Assembly: GCA_947450745.1 (NCBI GenBank)
Contig: CANFYD010000001.1
Location: 1 to 60,151, forward strand
Origin: Burkholderiales bacterium
Lineage (GTDB): Bacteria; Pseudomonadota; Gammaproteobacteria; Burkholderiales; Burkholderiaceae_C
Length of the DNA: 60,151 nt
Direction of reading: 5' to 3'
The position numbers and the translations under genes were made by a program. This document shows, piece by piece, positions 32,083 through 42,092 of this stretch. The notes under the pieces were generated by a model that did no database searches, was not told the DNA's origin, and worked only from the letters and a program-made list of their open reading frames with translations. Each line of letters begins with the position of its first letter. Positions within the stretch are counted from its first letter, which is position 1.

Positions 32083-32964
32083 TCAGAGGTACTTCGCAAA
32101 GCGCCATCCCAACGGAAGGCTTTCAAGTTTCTTCTTTGCAGCCAATCGCATGGGCAACTTAATTTCAAAAAGATCAAAGCGTATATCACAACAAAAGTTG
32201 ATATGCCGACGCGGCACATCGGTTGGCGAGCGTGGCGTCACCGCATGAATCGACTTTGATGAGTTGAGAAATAAAACCAAGGTATTCGCATCGTAGCGAA
32301 CGGTGTCTACCGTCCTGACCATCTCATCGCCGATCTCAGCGGGCAATTTTGAAATCTTCACCGTATGGGCGTCGGGATAAATGTCTCCGTTGGCGGCACA
32401 AACTGCCAAATCAGCGCCGGTAGAGCTATCGTCTTCCCTGCGGAAATACAGCAAAGCGGCAAATAGTTCTGAGGGTCGGTCGACATGCGGCCCCCGAACC
32501 ACTCGAGGTTGCTTTGTGTAATTCAAATAAAACTGGCATTCGGATGAGACATCTGCGCCGGCTGCCAACGGATCACCTCGCCCGCCCGGCCGCATGCCAA
32601 CGACAAAATCATCAAGCGATCGCCCTACGCGGCTCTCGATATCGGGGCGCAGTGCCCGGATTTCATCGCCAGCCAACGCCACCAGTTCGGTGAAAAATTC
32701 CTTCGAAGTGTGATATTTGAAGAATTCCCGCCAAAGCGGTGAAACTCTATCGTCCTCGACAACCTTGCATGCGGGGTAATCAAACCAAGTGTCCTTGACC
32801 GCGCGGCCGTTGAGAATCACATCGGCGGCTGGAAATTGAGCATCCAGTGAAGCATAGATTTCTGGGTCCAGCGCGTTTTTGATAACCAGATGGGGGTAGG
32901 GCTCCGACACCAGATCAACTCGACTTGCGCGCGACAAAATACTCAATTTATTTTTTGTCTTCAA
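32083..32964 (-). CDS. Putative 2OG-Fe(II) oxygenase
   Basis: EPYPHLVIKNAL; HxD in GPHVD; distal H in SIHAVTPR; RRHINF; TTG start with AAGGAG 6 nt upstream. Confidence 0.7.
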   Translation of the reverse strand: MKTKNKLSILSRASRVDLVSEPYPHLVIKNALDPEIYASLDAQFPAADVILNGRAVKDTWFDYPACKVVEDDRVSPLWREFFKYHTSKEFFTELVALAGDEIRALRPDIESRVGRSLDDFVVGMRPGGRGDPLAAGADVSSECQFYLNYTKQPRVVRGPHVDRPSELFAALLYFRREDDSSTGADLAVCAANGDIYPDAHTVKISKLPAEIGDEMVRTVDTVRYDANTLVLFLNSSKSIHAVTPRSPTDVPRRHINFCCDIRFDLFEIKLPMRLAAKKKLESLPLGWRFAKYL

Positions 32965-33079
32965 TCGCAACTCCTTGAATATCCAAGCTTTCAACTATCG
33001 CCCCAATGAATCGCCCACCCGATGCGAAATCGCAAGCTGCTGCAGTTTCAAGGTGTTGCTCGTGGCGGTTGGAAAAGAA

Positions 33080-33106
33080 AACAATGGGGTCAGAGTCATT
33101 TGATTT
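33080..33106 (+). repeat. AATGGGGTCAGAGTCA-family repeat copy
   Basis: AACAATGGGGTCAGAGTCATTTGATTT. Confidence 0.8.
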
Positions 33107-33348
33107 TGTAAACAGACACTCTCGACCGCTCTGCCCACCTGCTGACAAGCGCGCCTGCCGCCGGCTTACGGCCTACGCGCTGAGCGATCAGCTGACCGAG
33201 GCGGCGTGAGCAGGCCACTCCCGAAGCACCTGACGCCGCAGACCTGGCATTACGCTCCGCTCATCGCACCAAAACCTCGGGATTTGGAGGGGTGGCAAAG
33301 TCGGCTGGCGTGCATACGATGGGGCTCTGTCCCTGACTGGAGTGCTAA

Positions 33349-33921
33349 ATGCCAAATCTGATTGCCGACAAACTGGAATTGAACGGCTTGCTGGATCGCC
33401 AGGCCTTGCAGGCCCTGATGGAGCAGACGGCCGCCAGCGCGCGTGCCGCTGGCCAACCGTTGGCGGTGCTGACCCTGGATCTCGACCACTTCAAGACCTA
33501 TCTGGATGAGCAAGGCCAAGCGCAAGCCCAGGCGGCGCTGATGCGCACGGCCAAATTGCTGAACGAGCACCTGCCGGCCGGTGCCAGCTTGGCCCATCTG
33601 GGCGGCGATGAATTCGTGATGCTGCTGCCGACTACCGATTTGGGAGCGGCTGTCGCCACCGCTGAGACGCTGCGCGGCGCGATCGAAGCGGAGTTTGCGT
33701 CGCCGGCCGACCCGGCGGCGCTGACCGTCACTCTCGGTGCCGCTGCCAGCCCGCCCGGCACCGACTGGAGCGCCAACAGCCTGCTGTCGCTGGCCGATGC
33801 CCGCATGACCTTCGGGAAAAAGCGCCTGCTGCCCCACCACAACCGGGTCTGGGCCGGCACCCTGCCCTCCGACTGGTATCCCCGCTTCAATGTGCAGCCC
33901 GAAATCTGGCCCAGCTTGTAA
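33349..33921 (+). CDS. Stand-alone GGDEF-domain protein (partly degenerate)
   Basis: DLDHFK and GGDEF present; canonical NDxxGHxxGD replaced by LDEQGQAQAQ. Confidence 0.85.
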   Translation: MPNLIADKLELNGLLDRQALQALMEQTAASARAAGQPLAVLTLDLDHFKTYLDEQGQAQAQAALMRTAKLLNEHLPAGASLAHLGGDEFVMLLPTTDLGAAVATAETLRGAIEAEFASPADPAALTVTLGAAASPPGTDWSANSLLSLADARMTFGKKRLLPHHNRVWAGTLPSDWYPRFNVQPEIWPSL

Positions 33922-33945
33922 AGCCCGAGGCTGAACAAGGCTTGA

Positions 33946-33975
33946 AAAAATGGGGTCAGGTTCATTTGATTTGTG
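33946..33975 (+). repeat. AATGGGGTCAG-family repeat copy (left of the GNAT gene)
   Basis: AAAAATGGGGTCAGGTTCATTTGATTTGTG. Confidence 0.8.
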
Positions 33976-34019
33976 AAAATCACGCGGTGCTCACGCGCCA
34001 CTGATCCTGTTTTTCAGCC

Positions 34020-34493
34020 ATGTCCTTGCCGCCAAACTCTCGCCGCTGTCAACCCGTCACTTTTGCCCCAGCGCAGCCCGACGACTTTGAGGCGCTGCTC
34101 GCGCTGCGCATCGAGGCGATGCGGGAGAGTCTGGAACGTGCGGGGCGGTTCGATCCGGTGCGGGCCAGGGAGCGGTTTCGCTCAGGATATGAAGCCCTGC
34201 ACACGCGACACATCGAGGTGGACGGGCGGCGAGTGGGCTTTGTGGTGGTCAAGCCTGATGCCGACGGCCTGCTGCTTGATCATCTCTACATTCACCCGCA
34301 TGCCCAGGGCCAAGGTATCGGCGCGGCGGTGTTGGCACAGGTGTTCGAGGCTGCTGATGCCCGGGCCTTGCCAGTTCGGGTCGGCGCGCTGCGGGGCAGC
34401 AGATCCAATGACTTCTATGTCCGGCACGGTTTTCAAAGGGTCGAACAAGCGGAGTTCGATAACTACTACGTTCGCCCGCGTCGACAGCCGTAG
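34020..34493 (+). CDS. GNAT family N-acetyltransferase
   Basis: LYIHPHAQGQGIG motif A; FYVRHGF. Confidence 0.88.
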   Translation: MSLPPNSRRCQPVTFAPAQPDDFEALLALRIEAMRESLERAGRFDPVRARERFRSGYEALHTRHIEVDGRRVGFVVVKPDADGLLLDHLYIHPHAQGQGIGAAVLAQVFEAADARALPVRVGALRGSRSNDFYVRHGFQRVEQAEFDNYYVRPRRQP

Positions 34494-34584
34494 CTTTCCT
34501 CCAACGTCGCGGTAATTCAGAGCTGCCTTGTGCCGTTGAGCAACGACTTGGCACTTTCAGCGCTGCCGACCAAAGAGCGCTCTA

Positions 34585-34614
34585 CACAAATCAATTGACT
34601 CTGACCCCATTGTT
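34585..34614 (-). repeat. AATGGGGTCAGAGTCA-family repeat copy (inverted, right of the GNAT gene)
   Basis: Reverse complement reads AACAATGGGGTCAGAGTCAATTGATTTGTG. Confidence 0.8.
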
Positions 34615-34627
34615 CGAGGCTAGCCAG

Positions 34628-34664
34628 AAAAAACGGCCCGTCTGGAAGGTCTCCAGGCGGGCCG
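34628..34664 (-). terminator. Rho-independent terminator of tctBA
   Basis: CGGCCCGTCTGGA/TCCAGGCGGGCCG stem with A6 on the + strand. Confidence 0.8.
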
Positions 34665-34707
34665 GTCGCTGAACGGGCTCAGCGGGGACGATGAGGCGTC
34701 AGCAGCG

Positions 34708-36216
34708 TCAATCCTCTTTGAACGCCTCTTCCCGTTTACTCCTGATCGACGGCAGCATGACGACGACGATCATCAGCATGGCGGCGATCAACAGGCCGGC
34801 CGACAGCGGCCGGGTCGCGAAGGTGGCCCAGTCGCCGCGCGACAGCAACAGGGCGCGGCGCAGGTTCTCTTCCATCATCGGGCCGAGGATGAAGCCGAGC
34901 AGCAGCGGCGCAGGCTCACAGCCGAGCTTGTAGAACAAGTAGCCGATCGCCGCGAACAGGGCGCTCATGTAGACGTCGAAGTTGTTGTTGTTCAGCGTGT
35001 ACGTGCCGATGCAACAAAACGTCATGATGGCCGGGAACAGGAAACGATAGGGCACGGTCAGCAGCTTGATCCAGATGCCGATCAGCGGCAGGTTCAGGAT
35101 GATCAGCATCAGGTTGCCGATCCACATCGAGGCGATCAGGCCCCAGAACAGCTCGGGGTTGCTGGTCATCACCTGCGGGCCGGGCTGTATGCCCTTGATC
35201 GTCATCGCGCCCACCATCAGCGCCATCACCGCATTCGGCGGAATGCCCAGCGTCAGCATCGGGATGAAGCTGGTTTGAGCGCCGGCATTGTTGGCTGCTT
35301 CCGGCCCTGCCACGCCCTGGATTGCACCCTTGCCGAAGGGCACGCGGGGGTTCTTGACGATCTTTTTCTCCAGCGTGTAGGCCGCAAAAGAGGACAACAA
35401 GGCACCGCCGCCCGGCAGCACACCCAGCACCGAGCCCAATACCGTGCCACGGACGACGGAAGGCCAAGCCTCCTTGAAGTCCTCCTTGGTCGGCCACAAG
35501 CCCTTCACGTCCTTGGTGAAGACCTCGCGTTGCTCGGCCGGCCGGCCCAGGTTCGAGATGATTTCGCCGAAGCCGAACACGCCCATGGCGATGACGACAA
35601 AGTTGATGCCGTCGGTCAACTCCGGGATGTCGAACGAGTAGCGCGGCGTGCCCGAGATCACATCGGTGTTGATCTGCCCCATCAACAAGCCCATCAAGAT
35701 CATCGCGATCGCTTTCAGCAGCGAGCCCGAGGCCAGCACCACCGCACCGATCAGGCCCAGCACCATCAGCGAAAAGTACTCGGCCGGGCCAAACTTGAAG
35801 GCCAGCTCGGTCAGCGGTGGCGCAAACGCGGCGATCACCACGGTGGCCACGCAGCCGGCAAAGAAGGAGCCCAAACCGGCGGCGGCCAGGGCCGGGCCCG
35901 CACGGCCTTGGCGGGCCATCTGGTAGCCGTCGATGGCCGTGACGACCGAGCTCGACTCGCCGGGCACATTGATCAGAATGGCGGTGGTCGAGCCGCCGTA
36001 CTGCGAACCGTAATAAATGCCGGCCAGCATGATCAGCGCCGGTGTGGCGTCCAGCGCGTAAATGGAAGGCAGCAGCATGGCGATGGTGGCCACGGCCCCC
36101 AAGCCGGGCAGCACACCGATCAAGGTGCCCAGCACGGCACCGCCAAAAGCGTAGAGCAGGTTTTGCAGCGTGAAGGCGACGCTGAACCCGAGAGCCAGAT
36201 TGTTCAAAAAGTCCAT
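34708..36216 (-). CDS. tctA: Tripartite tricarboxylate transporter permease TctA
   Basis: GVLPGLG, YGSQYGGS, GPEAANNA, LTLGIP. Confidence 0.93.
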   Translation of the reverse strand: MDFLNNLALGFSVAFTLQNLLYAFGGAVLGTLIGVLPGLGAVATIAMLLPSIYALDATPALIMLAGIYYGSQYGGSTTAILINVPGESSSVVTAIDGYQMARQGRAGPALAAAGLGSFFAGCVATVVIAAFAPPLTELAFKFGPAEYFSLMVLGLIGAVVLASGSLLKAIAMILMGLLMGQINTDVISGTPRYSFDIPELTDGINFVVIAMGVFGFGEIISNLGRPAEQREVFTKDVKGLWPTKEDFKEAWPSVVRGTVLGSVLGVLPGGGALLSSFAAYTLEKKIVKNPRVPFGKGAIQGVAGPEAANNAGAQTSFIPMLTLGIPPNAVMALMVGAMTIKGIQPGPQVMTSNPELFWGLIASMWIGNLMLIILNLPLIGIWIKLLTVPYRFLFPAIMTFCCIGTYTLNNNNFDVYMSALFAAIGYLFYKLGCEPAPLLLGFILGPMMEENLRRALLLSRGDWATFATRPLSAGLLIAAMLMIVVVMLPSIRSKREEAFKED

Positions 36217-36228
36217 CGGTGCTGGTCC

Positions 36229-36693
36229 TCAGAAACCAAAGATAGGAGGCCAGACTGGAATGACCAGCGCCAGGCCCCAAACGAAAATTGCCCAACTGCC
36301 GACGGTCAAGATGACCGCGTTGAGCAAGGCATCGCGCCAACGGAACTCATCGCCGGCCATGGCAGCCAGCGTGACGAGCAGCGGCAAACTGATGGCCAAG
36401 CCCAGACGCGGCAGCGTGAAACCAAACATCACAATGGCCCCGACGATGACCAGCAAGGGCTTCCAGGCGATCGCACCGATCGGGTCGCCGCCTTCCACTT
36501 TCAAGCTCAGCGCCTTGAACAAGACTGCACAACCCAGGATGGCCAGCAGCACGCCGAGGCCAAAGGGGAAATAGGCCGGACCCGGTCGGGCCGAGGAGCC
36601 AAAGCTGTATTCGGTGGAGCCCCATGCAAAGGCTAGCCCCACGATCAGGAACATGATCCCTGACCAGAAGTCCCGCTGACTCTTGATCGTCAT
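36229..36693 (-). CDS. tctB: Tripartite tricarboxylate transporter TctB
   Basis: GPAYFP; four TM segments; directly upstream of tctA. Confidence 0.88.
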   Translation of the reverse strand: MTIKSQRDFWSGIMFLIVGLAFAWGSTEYSFGSSARPGPAYFPFGLGVLLAILGCAVLFKALSLKVEGGDPIGAIAWKPLLVIVGAIVMFGFTLPRLGLAISLPLLVTLAAMAGDEFRWRDALLNAVILTVGSWAIFVWGLALVIPVWPPIFGF

Positions 36694-36942
36694 CTATACC
36701 TTTCGAGTATTTGTCAATAAAAACATACCCTTAGAGATCACCGACTGTGATTCTAGGGATGGCTCTTGACCGTAACATAGCCCGCGAATTACTCGTTAAT
36801 AGAGCGTCAAACGCTGGTCTGCCTACCGCACAGGAGGATTGGGGTCGTCGACAAGCTCAGACCAAACCGGCCGGCCAAGGCGGTAAAGCGCCAGGATCCT
36901 GGCGTATCGTGCCTACTCCTTCAACCCTGTCGAGACTTTCTG

Positions 36943-37551
36943 ATGAAGCTTTATTACAGCCCTGGCGCTTGCTCCCTGTCACCGCACATCGCGCTGCGCG
37001 AAGCGGGTCTGCCGTTCGAGCTGGTGTTGGCCAGCACCAAGACCAAGCAGTTGGCCGACGGCACCGATTTCCTGACGATCAACTCGAAGGGTTCCGTGCC
37101 GGTGCTGGAGTTGGACAACGGTGAGCGCCTGACCGAAGGCCCGGCCATCGTCCAATACATCGCCGACCAGGCCCCTGACAAGCAGCTGGCCCCAGCCAAC
37201 GGCAGCTGGCAGCGCTACCGCCTGCAGGAGTGGCTGAACTTCATCACCAGCGAACTGCACAAGGGCTTCTCGCCCTTGTTCAACCCGGCCACGCCGGATG
37301 AAGCCCGGACGCAGTCGCGCGCCAAATTGGGCGAGCGCCTGGCTTGGGTGAACGCGCAGCTGGCAGGCAAGCAATTCCTGCTGGGCGAGCAATTCAGCGT
37401 CGCCGATGCCTATTTGTTCACCGTCACGAACTGGGGTCAGTACGTCGGTGTCGATGTGTCGGGCTTGGCCCATCTGGTCGCCCTGCGCGCCCGCGTGGCG
37501 GCCCGCCCGGCGGTGCAAGCCGCCATGAAGGCAGAAGGCTTGCTGGGCTGA
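36943..37551 (+). CDS. gstA: Glutathione transferase (beta class)
   Basis: MKLYYSPGACSLSPHI, SELHK. Confidence 0.92.
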   Translation: MKLYYSPGACSLSPHIALREAGLPFELVLASTKTKQLADGTDFLTINSKGSVPVLELDNGERLTEGPAIVQYIADQAPDKQLAPANGSWQRYRLQEWLNFITSELHKGFSPLFNPATPDEARTQSRAKLGERLAWVNAQLAGKQFLLGEQFSVADAYLFTVTNWGQYVGVDVSGLAHLVALRARVAARPAVQAAMKAEGLLG

Positions 37552-37580
37552 ACGTGCTCCTGTGAGCTGTTCAGCCGCGC

Positions 37581-37726
37581 TGTACCAGTTCGGAACAACG
37601 CTGCTGCACAGCACAGCAAAACCTCGGGTTTTTGCTAGGAAAACCTAAGGAGGGCTAGCCTTTTTGCGACTTGGGTGCTCCAAGTGGTGATTAAAACCAT
37701 GGTCAACGGCTTGGCACAAGGTTTGC
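37581..37726 (+). promoter_or_regulatory. Sigma54 promoter with an upstream activator site for the aldehyde dehydrogenase gene
   Basis: TGGCAC-AAGGT-TTGC at 37712-37726; TGT-N11-ACA at 37581-37597. Confidence 0.75.
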
Positions 37727-37823
37727 GAATATGGGTGGTGGCAAAGCAAAGCCTCCGGCGACCTGATCAAGTCGCCGGGGCGCGCCGCCCGCCTCGCACC
37801 CACAACCCGCCGGAGACACACCC

Positions 37824-39342
<1,519 letters not shown>

Positions 39343-39344
<2 letters not shown>

Positions 39345-39487
39345 GAGGGCGAAAACTTTTTACTGCGCGGCCGCCATGCGTCGTTGGTCGAATGCTCGTG
39401 ATCCTCACGTACAGGAAGTACGTTCCGGTCCCTGCGCTCCGCCCGCCTAGCCTGACAGCCGCTCGCTACAAAAGTTCTCACCCTCTA
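39343..39487. mobile_element. 145-bp MITE-like element
   Basis: Imperfect 17-bp TIRs AAGAGGGCGAAAACTTT / AAAGTTCTCACCCTCTA; central ACGTAC-N5-GTACGT palindrome. Confidence 0.65.
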
Positions 39488-39611
39488 GTGCATCAGAGTT
39501 TTGCGACTTGAAATGCCAAGCTTCTTGAACTAAGTTCGCATCCCGGCTGGCCTTTTAGCTCGCCGGGATGCCTGTTTGTGGGCGTGCAAGCGCCCTCACC
39601 CGGAGACCACG

Positions 39612-39986
39612 ATGGTTGAAAAAGTCATTGCCACGCCCGCAGCGCTTGAGCTGGTCGAGTTCCTCAAGCAAAAGCACGGCACGCTGATGTTCCACCAGTC
39701 CGGCGGCTGTTGCGACAACAGCGCGGCCAACTGCTACTTGCCCGGCGAAATTACGATGGGCGCAGGCGATGTCTTTTTGGGCAATATCGGCGGCTGCGAG
39801 TTCTACATCGGCAAGGCGCAATACGAATACTGGCGCCACACCCAGCTGATCATCGATGTGATCGACGGCCAGGGCGGCACTTTCTCGCTGGAAGGCCCAG
39901 AAGGCAAAGCCTTCCACACCCGCTCCCGCGTCTTCACCGAAGCCGAGATGGCCGAGTTGGACAGCGAAGCCCAGGCCGCCAAGTAG
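39612..39986 (+). CDS. DUF779 domain protein
   Basis: MFHQSGGCCD, QYEYWRHTQLIIDV, FSLEGP; usual neighbour of aldB-type genes. Confidence 0.88.
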   Translation: MVEKVIATPAALELVEFLKQKHGTLMFHQSGGCCDNSAANCYLPGEITMGAGDVFLGNIGGCEFYIGKAQYEYWRHTQLIIDVIDGQGGTFSLEGPEGKAFHTRSRVFTEAEMAELDSEAQAAK

Positions 39987-40016
39987 CAACGCTGGCCTTG
40001 GGCCGCGCTGCACACG

Positions 40017-42092
40017 TCAAGCCGCCAGCAACTGCACTTTGACTGGCCGGCGGCGCTCCAACTGCCAAGCGCGGCGCAGCACGGCGGGCGAGTGGGTTTC
40101 CTCGGGGATCAACAAATAGCTCTTGGCCCGCATCGCGCGCCCCGCGCCGACCCGGCTGGTCAGCACCGTCATCGGGATCGCCAGCAGCAAGGGCAAGCCA
40201 ACCGGCAGCAACCAGACCAGCGCCCGTACGTCGATGAAGGCAATGGCCAGCGCCAGCACGGCGATGACAGCGCTCATCGGGGCGAAGCGTTGCAAGGCGT
40301 CGCGCCAAGGCACGGCGGCGGCTTCGCGCGGTGGCGACTTCCAGTCCAGCTTGAGCCCGGTCAGCGCGGCCACCACAAACAGCGAGTGCGCCAGCATCCG
40401 GATCGGTGCTTGCAGCAGGGCAATCAGCGTTTCCAGCAGCGCGCTGCGCAGCAGGTAGAAGGTGCCGCCAAAGCTGGCCTGCTCCTGCTTGATCAGCACG
40501 GCGGCAAGGCCAAGAATGCGGGGCAAGAACAACATCGCCAGCGTCCAGCTCCACAGCCCCAACAACTCAGCAGGCACCAGCATCCAGTCGGTCACGATGT
40601 GCGAGCCGGACAACCACAGCGCGGTGCCCAAGGTCAAGAAGCACAACCACAGCGGTGCGGACAAATAGGCCATCGCGCCGGTGCCGAACATGGCCCGGTG
40701 CACCGGGTGAATGCCGGGCTCGGCCAACAAGCGGGCGTTCTGAAGATTGCCCTGGCACCAGCGGCGGTCGCGCTGCAGCTCAGCCAGCAAGTCCGGCGGT
40801 TGCTGCTCATAACTTCCGATCAGGTCAGACACCAACCAGACGTGATAGCCGGCGCGGCGCATCAGGGCCGCTTCAACAAAATCGTGCGACAGGATGCTGC
40901 CGGCCATGCCGCCGCTGCCCTTGATCGGTGCCAGTGCGCAATGCGCCATGAACGGTGCGACCCGCAGAATCGCGTTGTGGCCCCAGTAATGGGATTCACC
41001 CAACTGCCAGAACTGCATGCCCAGGGTGAACAAGCGGCCCGTCATGCGGGAAGCGAACTGCTGCGCGCGTGCGTGCAGCGTGGCGTGGCCAATCGCCTGG
41101 GTGGCGGTCTGGATGATGCCGGCCGACGGGTTGGCTTGCATCAGCTTGACCATATTGACCAGGCAATCGCCGCTCATCACGCTGTCGGCATCGAGCACCA
41201 CCATATAGCGGTAGTCATGGCCCCAGCGGCGGCAAAAGTCCGCCACATTGCCGGCCTTGCGGTGGCTGTGGCGCTGACGCAGGCGGTAATAGACCTCGAC
41301 AGGCGCTGACCCGGCCGGCGTCGCCAATTGCATGCGCAGCTGTTCCCAGGCCAGGCGTTCGGCCTGTTGCAGAGCCGGGTCCTGCGTGTCCGACAACACG
41401 AACACATCAAACGCCGCCGCCTGCCCGGTCGCGTGGACCGATTCACAAGTGGCACGCAGGCCGGCAAACACGGTGCGCACGTCCTCGTTGCAGATCGGCA
41501 TGATGATGGCCGTGCGGGCGCGGATATCCAATGTCAGATGCTCGACGCTGCGCACCGACAGCGCCTGTTTGTCGCCCCGGATGGAGACGTAAAAACCCAT
41601 CATCGCCGTCATGAAGCCGGTCACGATCCAGGCGGACAGCAGGGCAAACAGCGCGATCTGGCCGTATTCAAGCAGCAGGTTGTCGTAGTCCGGTTGCAAG
41701 TCGGCAAACAGCGCAGTCGCCACGGCGGTGCTGAACAGCGTCAGCGCCACCAGCAGCGCGCGTCGGCGCTTGGCTGCCACTTGCCAGGGCGCTTGCCAAG
41801 CCTCATGCCACGGCTCTTGCCAAGCGGCAGGCTCGGCCGCTGACTCGGTGCACACAGGAGCTTCAGCCGCGCTGCGCCGGGCGGTCAGCGGCAGCAGCAA
41901 GGCGGTGCCGACGCTGTTCCAGAAACCGCGCCAGGGCCGCGCCGGCATGGAGCCGCGATTGATTGGCGGCGTGGTCACCGAATTCGGGTGGCGCTGTTCA
42001 CGCAGTGGGCTGCGGCTTGACACCAGCGGCATCGCACTGACAACGGGCGCAGCAGAAGTTGCAAGGCTCAGGGGTTGACGATGGTTGTCCAT
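40017..42092 (-). CDS. mdoH: Glucan biosynthesis glucosyltransferase OpgH/MdoH
   Basis: MPICNED, RKAGNVADF, LDADS, YWGHNA, SHDFVEA, RDRRWCQGN. Confidence 0.95.
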   Translation of the reverse strand: MDNHRQPLSLATSAAPVVSAMPLVSSRSPLREQRHPNSVTTPPINRGSMPARPWRGFWNSVGTALLLPLTARRSAAEAPVCTESAAEPAAWQEPWHEAWQAPWQVAAKRRRALLVALTLFSTAVATALFADLQPDYDNLLLEYGQIALFALLSAWIVTGFMTAMMGFYVSIRGDKQALSVRSVEHLTLDIRARTAIIMPICNEDVRTVFAGLRATCESVHATGQAAAFDVFVLSDTQDPALQQAERLAWEQLRMQLATPAGSAPVEVYYRLRQRHSHRKAGNVADFCRRWGHDYRYMVVLDADSVMSGDCLVNMVKLMQANPSAGIIQTATQAIGHATLHARAQQFASRMTGRLFTLGMQFWQLGESHYWGHNAILRVAPFMAHCALAPIKGSGGMAGSILSHDFVEAALMRRAGYHVWLVSDLIGSYEQQPPDLLAELQRDRRWCQGNLQNARLLAEPGIHPVHRAMFGTGAMAYLSAPLWLCFLTLGTALWLSGSHIVTDWMLVPAELLGLWSWTLAMLFLPRILGLAAVLIKQEQASFGGTFYLLRSALLETLIALLQAPIRMLAHSLFVVAALTGLKLDWKSPPREAAAVPWRDALQRFAPMSAVIAVLALAIAFIDVRALVWLLPVGLPLLLAIPMTVLTSRVGAGRAMRAKSYLLIPEETHSPAVLRRAWQLERRRPVKVQLLAA

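Noticed and set aside
33006-33209. 67-aa ORF or transposase remnant
   Set aside because: Reads through the repeat and has no motif I can support
30750-34614. Integron cassette array
   Set aside because: No intI, no RYYYAAC...GTTRRRY attC structure, and genes in mixed orientation
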